DNA of 64,000 bases from Eledone cirrhosa. Taxonomy: Eukaryota. The notes under the pieces were generated by a model. The model made no database searches and was not told where the DNA came from. It worked only from the letters and a program-made list of their open reading frames with translations. Made by a program: the position numbers and the translations under genes. The first letter of the stretch is position 1, and every line of letters begins with the position of its first letter. Shown here piece after piece: positions 51,303-59,362 of this stretch. The stretch covers positions 72,850,001 through 72,914,000 of the forward strand of contig OZ024742.1 in the NCBI GenBank assembly GCA_964016885.1, in the 5' to 3' direction.

Positions 51303-52041
51303 TGTGTGTGTGTGTGCGTGTGAGCATATATGTATTTATTTCATCTCACTACATTTGTTGAAGTTTGGTGTTAAAAAAACTTTACGTGTATAAAAAAGAA
51401 TTACTCATTTTCTCTCTTACCGTTTCATGGGTTTCCTTAAGTATAAAATCCTGCATTTCAGTTTCTTCTACAGAAGTCACTTGGAACCTACAGTGCGGTT
51501 TCGCATTTTGATCTCTGGAATTAGTGCCCAGTTGAGGTGGTATTTCTGTCAAGTTATTCGATGCTGAATTAGCAAGATCCAACATGTTATTGTTACTTTG
51601 GCCTTTAACGTCTGAACCAGACAGTTTGGTTTGCCAGTTAGCATCTTCCTTTCCATGCAATCCATCGTACCTTTCATCCGAAGCATCAATGTTTCTCGCA
51701 TCAGACCTATTACTATTATTATTACTACTGCTACTATTGCCACTAGTACAACTATTATAATTAACATTAGAAGCTGTAGATCTAACAGTATTATCGTTAC
51801 TTGAGGTAGATGTTTGATAGACAGTTTCGGAATTTTCACAAACTGTCGTAGGAGAAATATTATCATTGCGAGAACAATTAGTGTTTTGGTTAACCCCTGG
51901 TGTTGCTTCAACAGTGGAAGATAGTTCTGAGTTAGGGGCTGTTTCTAGCAATAACTCAGGACTTGATGAATTGTCCCGTTCGGCTTTCGACAAACATGGT
52001 TTTTGTTTCGGCAATTTAATAACGAACAATGTTGCTGCCAT
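372..52041 (-). CDS. Spliced host gene (3' part lies beyond the left edge): DUF389 / TIGR00341-like multi-pass membrane protein; exons 52041-51421, 37629-37558, 30809-30709, 28734-28669, 25616-25553, 19484-19417, 7537-7462, 477-372
   Basis: All 8 exons have canonical GT/AG borders with matching phases (0,0,2,2,0,2,0,1). They join into one open frame of 391 codons: ...ETHET|[24 protein letters not shown]|[34 protein letters not shown]|[22 protein letters not shown]|[21 protein letters not shown]|[23 protein letters not shown]|[25 protein letters not shown]|[36 protein letters not shown]. [23 protein letters not shown] matches my recollection of the DUF389 signature (no database search run). 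Confidence 0.9.
652..914 (+). mobile_element. RTE-related 3' cassette / bipartite non-autonomous retroelement with (GAT)n tail
   Basis: AAAAAGCACCCAG..CTGTAAA repeats, GGTTGGTGTTAGGAAGGGCATCCAG, ACCCATGCTAGC and (GAT)n; same cassette at about 6363-6667, 35345-35578, 36709-36921(-), 53325-53682, 59363-59640(-), 63605-63720. Confidence 0.8.
1812..2058. repeat. Minisatellite, about 5 diverged copies of a 50-bp unit (one copy shortened to about 42 bp)
   Basis: Units CCAAGG..GGTGGTGTTAAAC..GATTAAGTCTACCAT start near 1812, 1862, 1912, 1962, 2004. Confidence 0.85.
3244..3261 (+). promoter_or_regulatory. Primer-binding site complementary to the tRNA-Trp 3' end
   Basis: TGGTAACCCTGACGTGAT versus the canonical TGGTGACCCCGACGTGAT (16/18), 1 nt after the LTR end. 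Confidence 0.8.
4786..5881 (-). mobile_element. 5'-truncated RTE LINE (family A) inserted in the 3' LTR
   Basis: PHD-like Cys cluster, [42 protein letters not shown]; (GAT)n tail; near-identical to 54497-55590. Confidence 0.95.
7462..7537 (-). CDS. Exon 7 (76 nt) (S)[25 protein letters not shown]
   Basis: TTCTTGCAG acceptor, ATG|GTAAGT donor, phase 2 to 0; core family motif. Confidence 0.93.
8426..9170 (+). mobile_element. Possible non-autonomous Helitron-like sequence(s), with a CTAG|TC head-to-tail junction at 8426-8431
   Basis: CACAGCTAG followed directly by TCTATATTATAAAA..TGTCTGTC, and a later TTACTAG|T end at about 9170; terminal hairpins are poor. Confidence 0.3.
9890..11200 (+). mobile_element. 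Degraded Penelope-like element 3' part: Cys linker, GIY-YIG endonuclease and 3' UTR
   Basis: Frame from 10008 reads [64 protein letters not shown], later [13 protein letters not shown]. Confidence 0.85.
12069..12115 (+). ncRNA. Minimal type I hammerhead ribozyme relic at the end of a Penelope-type 3' UTR/pLTR (about 11430-12160)
   Basis: CTGACGA 12073-12079; stem II TCCT/AGGA; GAAA 12101-12104; C-ATT-GTA triplet; stem I GTT/AGC; AATAAA directly after (12116). Confidence 0.6.
12178..14400 (-). mobile_element. RTE LINE (family C), 5'-truncated and frameshifted; resumes at 18686-18790 on the far side of the CR1 insertion
   Basis: RT motifs [28 protein letters not shown]; (GAT)n tail; 18686-18790 encodes [35 protein letters not shown], contiguous with 14400. 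Confidence 0.95.
14401..18685 (-). mobile_element. Near full-length CR1-clade LINE, pseudogenised: ORF1 (PHD finger, polyQ/polyH repeats, about 17500-18685) and ORF2 (APE plus RT, about 14720-17460)
   Basis: APE motifs [28 protein letters not shown]; RT motifs [35 protein letters not shown]; CR1-type C-terminus [25 protein letters not shown]; (ATT)n tail; several frameshifts and stops. Confidence 0.93.
19150..19395 (-). mobile_element. tRNA-derived SINE, second family (TCCTTGAGCAAG core); better copy at 44088-44333(-), fragment at 63495-63570(+)
   Basis: B-box GGTTCAATTC on the minus strand, followed by CCTTGAGCAAGxCA and CAGCTGAAAATGAGTA. Confidence 0.7.
19417..19484 (-). CDS. Exon 6 (68 nt) [22 protein letters not shown]
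   Basis: TTCTTTTCTAG acceptor, AAG|GTTAGT donor, phase 0 to 2; not in the ORF track. Confidence 0.92.
19538..21100 (-). mobile_element. Tandem array of about 6 tRNA-SINEs (main family) separated by (AAT)n
   Basis: Repeated plus-strand pattern GTTTCT..GGCACAAGGCC..CTGGTACTTTATTTTATCGACCCC..GGATGAAAGGCAAAG..GATTTGAACTCAG..CTGCCAA; B-box GAGTTCAAATCC on the minus strand. Confidence 0.9.
20521..20887 (+). mobile_element. R4/Dong-like non-LTR element 3' end (REL endonuclease) with (TAA)n tail
   Basis: [26 protein letters not shown] and [15 protein letters not shown]. Confidence 0.75.
21230..22720 (-). mobile_element. Tx1/L1-like LINE relic, internally deleted: ORF1 zinc-knuckle piece joined to the ORF2 C-terminus
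   Basis: Knuckle remnant [14 protein letters not shown] and Thr/Asn-rich linker; 3' part reads [29 protein letters not shown]. Confidence 0.6.
22812..22992 (-). mobile_element. Full-length tRNA-SINE with TSD
   Basis: CTATAATAATAAT on both flanks; A and B boxes present. Confidence 0.85.
23145..25230 (+). mobile_element. R4/Dong-like non-LTR retrotransposon relic (RT region), many stops and frameshifts
   Basis: [76 protein letters not shown]. Confidence 0.85.
24118..24345. repeat. 4 x 57-bp near-perfect tandem repeat inside the R4/Dong relic
   Basis: Units start at 24118, 24175, 24232, 24289; only 2 differences among the copies. Confidence 0.97.
25323..26062 (-). mobile_element. Three tRNA-SINEs flanking exon 5 (about 25323-25510, 25638-25860, 25880-26062)
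   Basis: Family motifs as above; the last copy is flanked by CCTAACATTA(C/A)CAATAAT TSD. Confidence 0.85.
25553..25616 (-). CDS. Exon 5 (64 nt) (S)[21 protein letters not shown]
   Basis: TTGTTGCAG acceptor, CAG|GTCAGT donor, phase 2 to 0; not in the ORF track. Confidence 0.88.
28669..28734 (-). CDS. Exon 4 (66 nt) (S)[21 protein letters not shown]
   Basis: CCAAG acceptor (weaker AAG), GAG|GTATGT donor, phase 2 to 2. Confidence 0.75.
28740..29182. repeat. Purine-rich low-complexity minisatellite (AGAGAAAAATGT-like)
   Basis: Almost C-free plus strand with recurrent TAGAGAAAA. Confidence 0.8.
29200..29387 (-). mobile_element. Full-length tRNA-SINE with 17-bp TSD
   Basis: TCTGAGTATAATATAAT at 29183-29199 and 29388-29404. 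Confidence 0.92.
30709..30809 (-). CDS. Exon 3 (101 nt) [33 protein letters not shown]
   Basis: CCAG acceptor, CAG|GTCAGT donor, phase 0 to 2. Confidence 0.85.
31110..31522 (+). mobile_element. Old RTE 3' fragment (similar relics at about 44500-45050 and 48500-48660)
   Basis: [27 protein letters not shown] and a degenerate (GAT)n tail. Confidence 0.85.
31786..35325 (+). mobile_element. Near full-length RTE LINE (family B): APE, RT, PHD-like insert; frameshifts and stops; 120-bp tandem duplication at about 31990-32230
   Basis: TLNVGTL, VQEVRW, SAYAPQ, GDFNGH, SQIDF, QHRLV; [13 protein letters not shown]; ORF ends LASREKRT* directly before (GAT)n. Confidence 0.96.
35856..35965 (-). ncRNA. Inverted copy of the same hammerhead with core change CTGATGA to CCGATGA
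   Basis: Reverse complement of 37268-37377; plus strand reads TCATCGG at 35953-35959. Confidence 0.7.
37019..37200 (+). mobile_element. Full-length tRNA-SINE with 16-bp TSD
   Basis: ATTAATATTATTATTG at 37003-37018 and 37201-37216; A-box TGGCAGTATCGG, B-box GAGTTCAAATTCC. Confidence 0.93.
37268..37377 (+). ncRNA. Type I hammerhead ribozyme with intact core, long stem II and palindromic stem III
   Basis: Stem I CAGTTT/AGACTG; CTGATGA 37274-37280; stem II TAGAGTT/AACTCTA; GAAA 37360-37363; ACAATTGT palindrome; GTT triplet 37369-37371; AATAAA 37380. The first pair of stem II is a T-T mismatch. Confidence 0.8.
37433..37543. repeat. (TA)n and long (GA)n microsatellites next to the exon 2 donor
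   Basis: Directly visible. Confidence 0.97.
37558..37629 (-). CDS. Exon 2 (72 nt) [24 protein letters not shown]
   Basis: TTTTCTTACAG acceptor, CAA|GTTAGT donor, phase 0 to 0. Confidence 0.82.
39828..41140 (-). mobile_element. Full-length mariner (DD34D, irritans/Himar-Hsmar2-like) with frameshifted transposase
   Basis: Perfect 30-bp TIR CGAGGGGGGATCAAAAAGTTCGCGGAATTT, TA TSD, 1313 bp; [35 protein letters not shown]. Confidence 0.97.
41350..43288. mobile_element. piggyBac-like MITE split by the RTE at 41551-43271
   Basis: Left end TTAATCCTTTAGCATTTA, right end TAAATGCTAAATGCTTAA (imperfect inverted termini, TTAA flanks). Confidence 0.5.
41551..43271 (-). mobile_element. 5'-truncated RTE LINE (family B), 546 uninterrupted codons, catalytic YADD changed to YADN
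   Basis: ORF 41574-43214 and (GAT)n tail. Confidence 0.96.
43393..43672. mobile_element. hAT (Charlie-like) MITE, 280 bp
   Basis: Termini AAGAGGTGGGGGAAC / GTTCCCCCATCGCTG; 8-bp TSD ACCTAGAC / ACATAGAC. Confidence 0.75.
45330..46258 (+). mobile_element. RTE (family C) 3' fragment with long 3' cassette
   Basis: [30 protein letters not shown]; 3' UTR homologous to 12178-12570. Confidence 0.93.
46270..47567 (-). mobile_element. Full-length maT (DD37D) Tc1/mariner transposon; transposase 47437-46394 in one frame with a single premature stop
   Basis: 27-bp TIRs (CAGGATGCGGACGATATTTGTTCGCAA, 3 mismatches to the right end), TA TSD; [13 protein letters not shown] and NLLD with 37 residues between D2 and D3. 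Confidence 0.95.
49019..49072 (+). ncRNA. Hammerhead-like relic within a tiny inverted-repeat (Penelope pLTR-like) insertion 48964-49126
   Basis: CTGATGA 49024-49030; stem II AAAcGTAC/GTACcTTT; GAAA 49059-49062; TATGTA then AATAAA; stems I and III imperfect. Confidence 0.5.
49167..49664 (+). mobile_element. Solo LTR (498 bp) inserted in a (TA)n tract
   Basis: TGTA...TACA termini, TATA flanks, TATAAATA at about 49311, AATAAA at about 49443, internal short repeats TTTAAGGGCTAT. Confidence 0.7.
49859..50195. repeat. 62-bp direct repeat pair (49859-49920, 50134-50195) enclosing a CT-rich spacer
   Basis: TTTATAACATGTAATCCATGTRCAACCATGCAGTATTCTTCTCCCCRTATTTTTCATATAT occurs twice. Confidence 0.85.
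50210..51215. mobile_element. Old hAT-like non-autonomous element hosting the CRE fragment
   Basis: Termini CAGTGCCCGATTTA / TAAATCCAGCCCTG (11/14 inverted match); TSD not convincing. Confidence 0.5.
50520..51000 (-). mobile_element. CRE-clade non-LTR retrotransposon 3' end (REL endonuclease), 2 stops, coding part 51000-50611
   Basis: Hand translation: [81 protein letters not shown]; frame absent from the ORF track. Confidence 0.85.
51421..52041 (-). CDS. Exon 1 (621 nt): start codon, [11 protein letters not shown], then a Ser/Asn-rich disordered region
   Basis: ATG in ATAATGG context; 207 open codons ending at ACG|GTAAGA donor, phase 0. Confidence 0.82.
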
Positions 52042-52450
52042 TATAATAAGAAAATTAATGTTTCTTTTTCCCCCCCTTTATATTGTCAATAAAAATGATA
52101 AAAATTATAGATTAATGTAGTGATATCCTGCGGTAAATCTACTACATACACAAGCACGCAACGCATTAAAACGATTTTCTCTTTCTCTCTATCTCTTACA
52201 CTTTTTATCACTCTATCTCTCTAACAGGCCCGCATCCAAAAGCTCTCTCTCTGTCCTCTTTATTTCTCTTCTACATACACACCCAAATACTCTCTCTCTC
52301 TCTCTCTCTGCCCTCTTTATCTCTCTTCTACACACATATGCACGCAAGTGGCCGCTTTCTTTCTCCTCTATATCACTCTCTTTCTCACAGTACATATGCT
52401 CTCTGATAGACCTATACACTCTTTCTCTTTCTGTCTCTACCATACACTTG
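52042..52450 (-). promoter_or_regulatory. Probable 5' UTR / proximal promoter of the DUF389 gene with GA-rich repeats
   Basis: Position upstream of the ATG and GAGA-rich tracts; no TSS evidence. Confidence 0.3.
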
Positions 52451-53904
52451 TATATCAAATACAGATACTTAAACACGTTCATAGTACTCTTATTAGTAAT
52501 TAAAATAGAAATATACGGAAGACACTATGTATCATCAAATAAAGCTGGGAAACGACTCTTGATTCGTGAAAATATTTCTTTTCCCATGTTCGTTCTTACT
52601 CTATTTTCCTTCTTTTCTTCCTCTATTTCATCTTTTCTTGTTCCTTTAGTTCGGATCCCTACATAGAATTTTTAGAAAGATGTATCTTTAAAATTGGTAC
52701 TAACTGTTAGAAATACCATGTATTGGTAACGGGATATGTCCACTGAACTCTTATTGTTGTTATTGTTGTTCTTTCAGTACTGGGATCGATTATTTCTCTA
52801 TATTGAGTTCTCTCTCTCTCTCCTTTCATGGAGAGGGATCGTCTACGCCATGTTAAAAATGACCCCCAAATCATGCACATTACTACAGCACCCCTATGAT
52901 TCTATCAGGAGTTATGGGTCCAATCATACATTCAACGATAAAGGGTTCTATAATAAAATATTATAAGACCTCTGCTTCAGGTTGGTCATGCTAAATATAC
53001 AGTAGCTAGGGGAAATAACAAGTACAGCAAAAAAGTTAATTGAAAAATTTTTTAAATGAATTTATTAAAGCTGATATTTGCTATGTTGTTTATTAAACAT
53101 TTTGTTTTTCCATATTTCTAATGAAAAATACTGCCGGTGATGTTCAAATAAATTTGAAAATGCTAAAAAAATTTAGAGGGATTTCTAATTATTAAGCTGT
53201 TTATTTTAAAGTGTTTATATTTATCGAAAAAACTTCCATCATATACCAGCCAAATAACGAGAAAGTTAGTTATATTCAGAAATTTTTTACTATTTTAAAA
53301 GTGACTTGAAAATAGTTAAAATGGCCTCTGGCGTCACACAGTAATACTGAAGACCCGACTTCCCGCAGGAACAAGCCAAAGCTGAAGCATATAGACAATA
53401 TGCCCCATCCCCTCCCACTGCAAAGTGTCGTGGAGGTGCCACGGCAAAAAAGCACCCAGCACTCACTGTAAAGTGGACATGTAGGCACCACGGAAAAAAA
53501 GCACCCAGCACTCACTGTAAATGAGGTTGGTGTTAGAAAGGGCATCCAGCTGTAGAAATCAAGCCAGAATCAGTTCCTGTATGACAAGATCAGCCGACTG
53601 GACACTGCCCGCAACAAGACAACCCGTCTAACCCATGCTAGCGTGGAAGAACGGACGTAAAACGGTGATAATGATGATGATAAAGTAGATTCTTTCATTA
53701 GAAATATAGTAACAAAAGGATTAACAAAGGTTCTTATATAAAATTGTGATAAGAGGTTTTAGATAAATATTAAAATAAACAGCTTTGTATAGGGATGGTT
53801 TCAAGTTCTTTGGTATAGAAGGGGTTGATTTAGAATGACATCTAAAATTTGTGCTGTACAAAGCATATGAGGTTTGACTAAACACTTCCTATTATGTTCT
53901 AATA

Positions 53905-54330
53905 ATGGTTTCTCATTTTTGCACAAGGCCAACAATTTTGGGGAGAGGTGAAAGACGATTAAATTAATCCCCAGTACTTGAATGGGACTTTATTTTATTG
54001 ACCTTGGCAGGATGAAAATTGACTTCAGAAGAATTTGAACTCAGAATATATGCAGTAAAGTATTTTGTCTGAAGCCTAAATAGTTCTGCCAATCCACTGC
54101 TTCTTATGTTGCAATAATAGTTTCTGATCTAGGCACAAGGCCAATGATTTGGGGGGAGGGGAAAGTTGATTAAATCAATCCCTGTGCATTACTGGTACTT
54201 TATTTTATCAACCCCGTAAAGATGGAAGGTAAACCTTGGTAGGATTTGAACTCAAAATGTAAAAAAATAAAAATAAATGCAGCAAAGCAATTTGTCAGAC
54301 ACCGTAATGGTTCTGCCAATCCACTGCCTG
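53905..54330 (-). mobile_element. Two tandem tRNA-SINEs (main family)
   Basis: Family motifs GCACAAGGCC..GATTTGAACTCA..CTGCCAATCCAC occur twice. Confidence 0.85.
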
Positions 54331-54494
54331 TTATGCTGTAATACCCAGTAGCTTCCATGTAAATATCATATATTGAAGTAATCATGTAATTTACAATGTT
54401 CATAGAAGAATTTTCTCTGATTATGTATAAGCTATTGTGCTTGCCTTGGCATGTGTGTATGTGGGGTTGCTGGTCTATCACTTACATCATGTAA

Positions 54495-57400
54495 TCATCA
54501 TCATCATCATCACCGTTTTACGTCCGTTCTTCCACGCTAGCATGGGTTAGACGGGTTGTCCTGTTGTGGGCAGTGTCTGGTCGGCTGACCATGCCTTGCT
54601 CATACAGGAACTGATTTGGCTTGATTTCTACAGCTGGATGCCCTTCCTAACACCAACCTCATTTACAGTGAGTGTTGGGTGCTTTTTTGTGGCGCCTACA
54701 CGTCCACTTTACAGTGTGGGCTGGGTGCTTTTTTGCCGTGGCACTTCCACGTCCACCTTGCAGTGGAGGGTGTGGGGGCATATTGTCTATATGCTTCAGC
54801 TTGTACCCATGGAAGGTCGGGTACTCTGTATTACTGCGTGACGCCAGAGGTCACGTTCGTGTGTCATCGCCTTTGAGAGGCGTAATTGGGTAAGGTCGGC
54901 TTTTATCACCTCATCCCAGGTCATCTTGGGTCTCCCCACTACGCGGTTTCCATCGACTTCTAGTGCTCTGCACCTTTTTATGCAGCTGTCATCCTTCATA
55001 CGCATCACATGTCCATACCAATGCAACCGCCTCTCCTGCACACAGCATTTGATTCCTCTTATGCTCAGTCTCTCTCTCAATTCATTTATGCTTTGTCGTT
55101 CGCGTATATTACTATTACACATCCATCGGAGCATGCAGGCTTCGTTTCTCTCTAATCTACGTAAGTCTTCCACCTTCAGCGCCCAGGTCTCACAACCATG
55201 CAACATCGCTGTTCGGATACACGCATCATACAGTCTGCCTTTCATTTTGAGGGAGAAGCTTTTGCAGCTAGCAGTGGTAGTAGTTCCCTAAACCTCTTCC
55301 ATCCCGTTCTTACCCTAGTTATTGTACTTTCTGAACACCCACCTTCGCTGCTAATTCAGTCACCTAGGTAGCAGAAGCTGTCTACTGTTTCTACAGAGCC
55401 CTCCCAGAGATTGGTGGTACTTGTTTCCTGTGGCTGTTTGCTGCTTGCTGTCCCAGCACAGCTGCTGCATGTGAAGCCTACATTCTTAATTAAGCTTCCT
55501 GAGATCCCGCTACATCTCTTGTGTACCCATTGTTTGCATTTGGGGCAGAGAATGGAGTTCCTACCTACACCTTTCCTACATACTGAGCAAGGCCATTTCC
55601 CTGAGGGGATCTGGGTTCTGTTTTCTCGTCTACTTACAAGGACCTTAGTCTTTGTCATGTTGACTTTGAGACCCTTTCTTTCTAGTCCCTGCTTTCAAGT
55701 TTGGAATTTCTTCTCTAGTTCTACCATAGATTCAGGTATAAGTGCGAGGTCATCAGCATACAGGAGTTCCCATGGGCATCCGGTCTTAAACTCCCCCGTT
55801 ATTGCCTGCAGGACTATGATGAACAGGAGGGGGCTAAGAACAGAGCCCTGGTGGACCCCAACCTGTACACTAAATTCCTTGCTATACTCATTGCTAATCC
55901 TAACTTTGCTGACTGCTCCCCTATACATGGCTTGTACCGCTTTCACAAGCCATTCATCTACTCCTAGTTTTCTAAGAGCCCACCAGATTACAGCACGTGG
56001 AACTCTCTCTGTCAAAGGCTTTCTCAAGATCGACAAATGCCAGGTAGAGTGGCTTACTTTTAGCTAGGTACTTTTCCTGTAACTGCCTGACAAGGAAGAG
56101 GGCATCAGTGGTGCCTCTTCCTGGTACAAACCCAAATTGCATCTCGTCTAGTTTCACCCGGTCCCTAATCAACTGTGCTATAACTCTTTCTGTTACTTTC
56201 ATGACCTGGTCCATCAGCTTTATACCTCTATAGTTTCCTCTATCTAGTGCATCACCTTTACCTTTGTAGCAGTTGACAATGATGCTACTGCACCAATCTT
56301 TTGGTATGACACCTTCTAGTATTACCTGGTTAACAATACGTGTGGTTATAGTGTGACCTACAGACCCAGATGCCTTCAGCATCTCGGCAGCTATACCCGA
56401 TGGACCGGTTGCCTTCCCCATCTTCATATCTTTGATTGCCTTACTTACTACGCTGCTGCTGACTTGTACTGCTGGCCCCTCTATAGGGTCTACTTGGGGT
56501 AGGGTCTCTTCTTCCCATGCATTCTCCTCATTTAGTAATCTATCATAATGACTCTTCCATGCATCTTTCTTCTCAGCACTTGTGAGGGCAAGCTCACCTT
56601 TATCATTCCGGATACACTTCTCTCCAATGACATCACAATTCTCTCTGACACACTGCCTCGCAATCTTGAACACCTCCTGTTTCTGGTCCTCACGTTGCAA
56701 AACATGCTTGAATTTTCTATCCTCTGCTTCCCTCCTAGCTAAGTATACTTGTCACTTAGCTTCCCTCTTGGTCTCTATGTAATGTACCCTGCTCCCCCCA
56801 TTCTTCCATTCTTTCCATGCCTGTCTCTTGGCCTTAACTGCCTCATCTACCTTATTGTTCCACCACCAAGTCACTCTCCTCCTGCTTGTGGTCTTACTCC
56901 AGCCACAGACCTCATCCGTCGCCTCTAGTAAGTTATTTTTTAGGAACTCCCAGCTCTCTTCTACATTGAATGTCTCTATCTGTTCTTCTTTACTGTCGTA
57001 GGCATTGAGTAAAATATCTTTAAATCTGTTACTGGTTGAGGGGTCTTTCAGCTTCCAGATCTTTCTTCTCTAGGTTGGCCTCTGTTTCCAGGTTCGTCTA
57101 GTTCTGACTGTGAGGTCGCTTACAACTAAGCTATGTTGGGATGTACATTCCTCACTAGGGAAGGCTTTTGTGTTTACGACCGTCCATCTGTCACGTCCTC
57201 TGATGAGGATAAAATCTATCTGACTAGAATGCTCCCCTGATCTCTAGGTGATCAGGTGGTTGTCAGGTTTTTTGAAGTTTGTGTTACATATCGACATGTC
57301 ATTGGCGTCGCAGAATTCTAGAAGTCTGAATCCTTCCTCATTTCTTGTACCAACCCCATGGCCTGCATGGACTCTATTGAAGCCGTCGCAGTGTTTACCT

Positions 57401-57990
57401 ACGTGTCCGTTAAAATCTCCTGCGATGATTAGGAAGTCATTGTCGTTTGTTAGAGCAGTAGTGTGCATTAGGGACTCGTAAAACCTATCCTTAAGTTCGT
57501 CTGGCAACCCCGATTGGGGTGCGTAAGCTGATATTATTGTGGTAATTGTTTTATTCAGGACTAGTCTGAGTTTAATGATTCTTGCATTTACCCTGTACAC
57601 TGAGATTACTTTATCTACCCACTTGTCAGCTAGTAGTATACCTACACCACCCATCCCATCGTCATTTCCCACCCAGAAAAATTTGTAGCACCGACTTTTT
57701 CCTACAAGGACTCTAGCAGACTCTCCTCTCCATCTAGTCTCTTGCACACAGCATACATCAATTTCCTTTCGCTCTAGCATTTCTACGATTTCTTCCTGCT
57801 CTTCCTTTCATTGTGCTTACATTGATGGTACCAACTCGGAGTTTTGAGCATTTGTCGACACTCGTAGGGAAGGGTCTCTTGATTGGCGCTTCACATGGGT
57901 GCTTGGTAGCTCGCGGATTCATATTTCATCTATTAATTCAGAGTTGCTCAAATTTATTCTCAGCTCATCCATCCATAACGGTAGGAAAAT
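54495..57990 (-). mobile_element. Near full-length RTE LINE (family A), ATG at 57922, multiple frameshifts and stops, long 3' cassette
   Basis: LRVGTINVSTMKGR, VQETRW, SAYAPQ, GDFNGH, RT motifs, YADD, (GAT)n tail. Confidence 0.96.
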
Positions 57991-58669
57991 TCAGTATATA
58001 TATAACTACATATGGTGGCATTAGTTGTAGTAATAGGAGGTAGAAGGGTGGTAGTAGTTGATGACGTCATCACTATGTTGGCATTAAAGAAAAAATAGTT
58101 ATGAACACTGGTCATTCCAAGAACAACAACTCATGTTTTCATTTTAGTCTTTATTAAAGAAATACATAATTTGACAATCCTATATGTTTCATTACATTCA
58201 AAGAAATTAGTTTTACAGAAAAGGTGTGGATGTGTTCCTCAAAGAGCTATGTATATGTAAGCATTATACATTTTTGTATGCGATAGTCAATTTTCAGCAA
58301 TCAGTTTGGTTACAGTAGGAATATTGTTGAGTTTATGATGTTGCTTAGGGGACTCCATGTTTCTGGTAAAAGCATGGTCAGTCGACTGGACACTGCCCAC
58401 AACAGGACAACCCGTCTAACTCATGCTAGCATGGAAGAACGGACGTAAATCAGTGATGATGATGATGATGAAGGGTCTGGAGAGATATGTGGTTCATTTA
58501 ATTGGTCTCAGTGTGTGGGTTAGTATAATCTAGATTGTGATCTTTTGCTGCTTGGTCCAATGTGTTTTCATTCCTATGTCAGTACCAGGACCTAAGAACT
58601 GTCATTGGAGAAAGAGGTGTACATTCTAATTTCTACAAAGGACCAGTAACAAAGATGAAAATAATGACC

Positions 58670-59165
58670 TTCTTCTTCTTGGGAAGGTCATGAAGGCAGA
58701 TTCCTCAAACACTCCTTCCAGTGGGTCCTGTTAAAACAACCATCTCCAATTGATCTGGTTGGATCCTCAAGCAAGACCAGTCAAGCTCATAGATGATATA
58801 CAACCATCTGGCTTAGGCTCCTCTCCTGGGTCCCCTGTCGGTTAGTTTTTTTCTGTGAAATCTGTCTAGCAATTCTTTCCTGAGACATTCTAACCTTCTA
58901 ACCACATGCCTGTAATATCGGAGATGTGATATCTCAATTTGGAGAAGTAGTAACTCTACCTGGAATGAATCTCTATCTGGGTTATGCACCCTATTGAGTA
59001 ACATTATTCTAAAGACCCTTCTAAGGAACCCCATTTCGGCTGCTTGTATTTGTGATCGTATTCTTTCAGCCATTATCCACATTTCATGACAATAGGTAAG
59101 AGTTGGCACAAATACCGAATTGAAAAGAGTGAGTTTGGCTTTTACACCTACCTCCTTTCTGATTA
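58670..59165 (-). mobile_element. Rex3/Expander-like RTE 3' fragment
   Basis: PTLTYCHEMWIMAERIRSQIQAAEMGFLRRV; (GAA)n tail. Confidence 0.75.
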
Positions 59166-59362
59166 TTAAATGCCATATTTAGCATATTTAAGGAGATTCT
59201 AAGAAAATTTAGCACATTTGTCTTGAAGTAGTAAATATAAAAGAATGCATAATTTAGTTTACATTGAGGTTGTAGAAATGTAACTTATTTGCTTTGAAGA
59301 AGTGAATTTAAAGAGAGATTCCTGCTGCTGATATTTGATCGAAATTTAGTATATTTGTTTTC

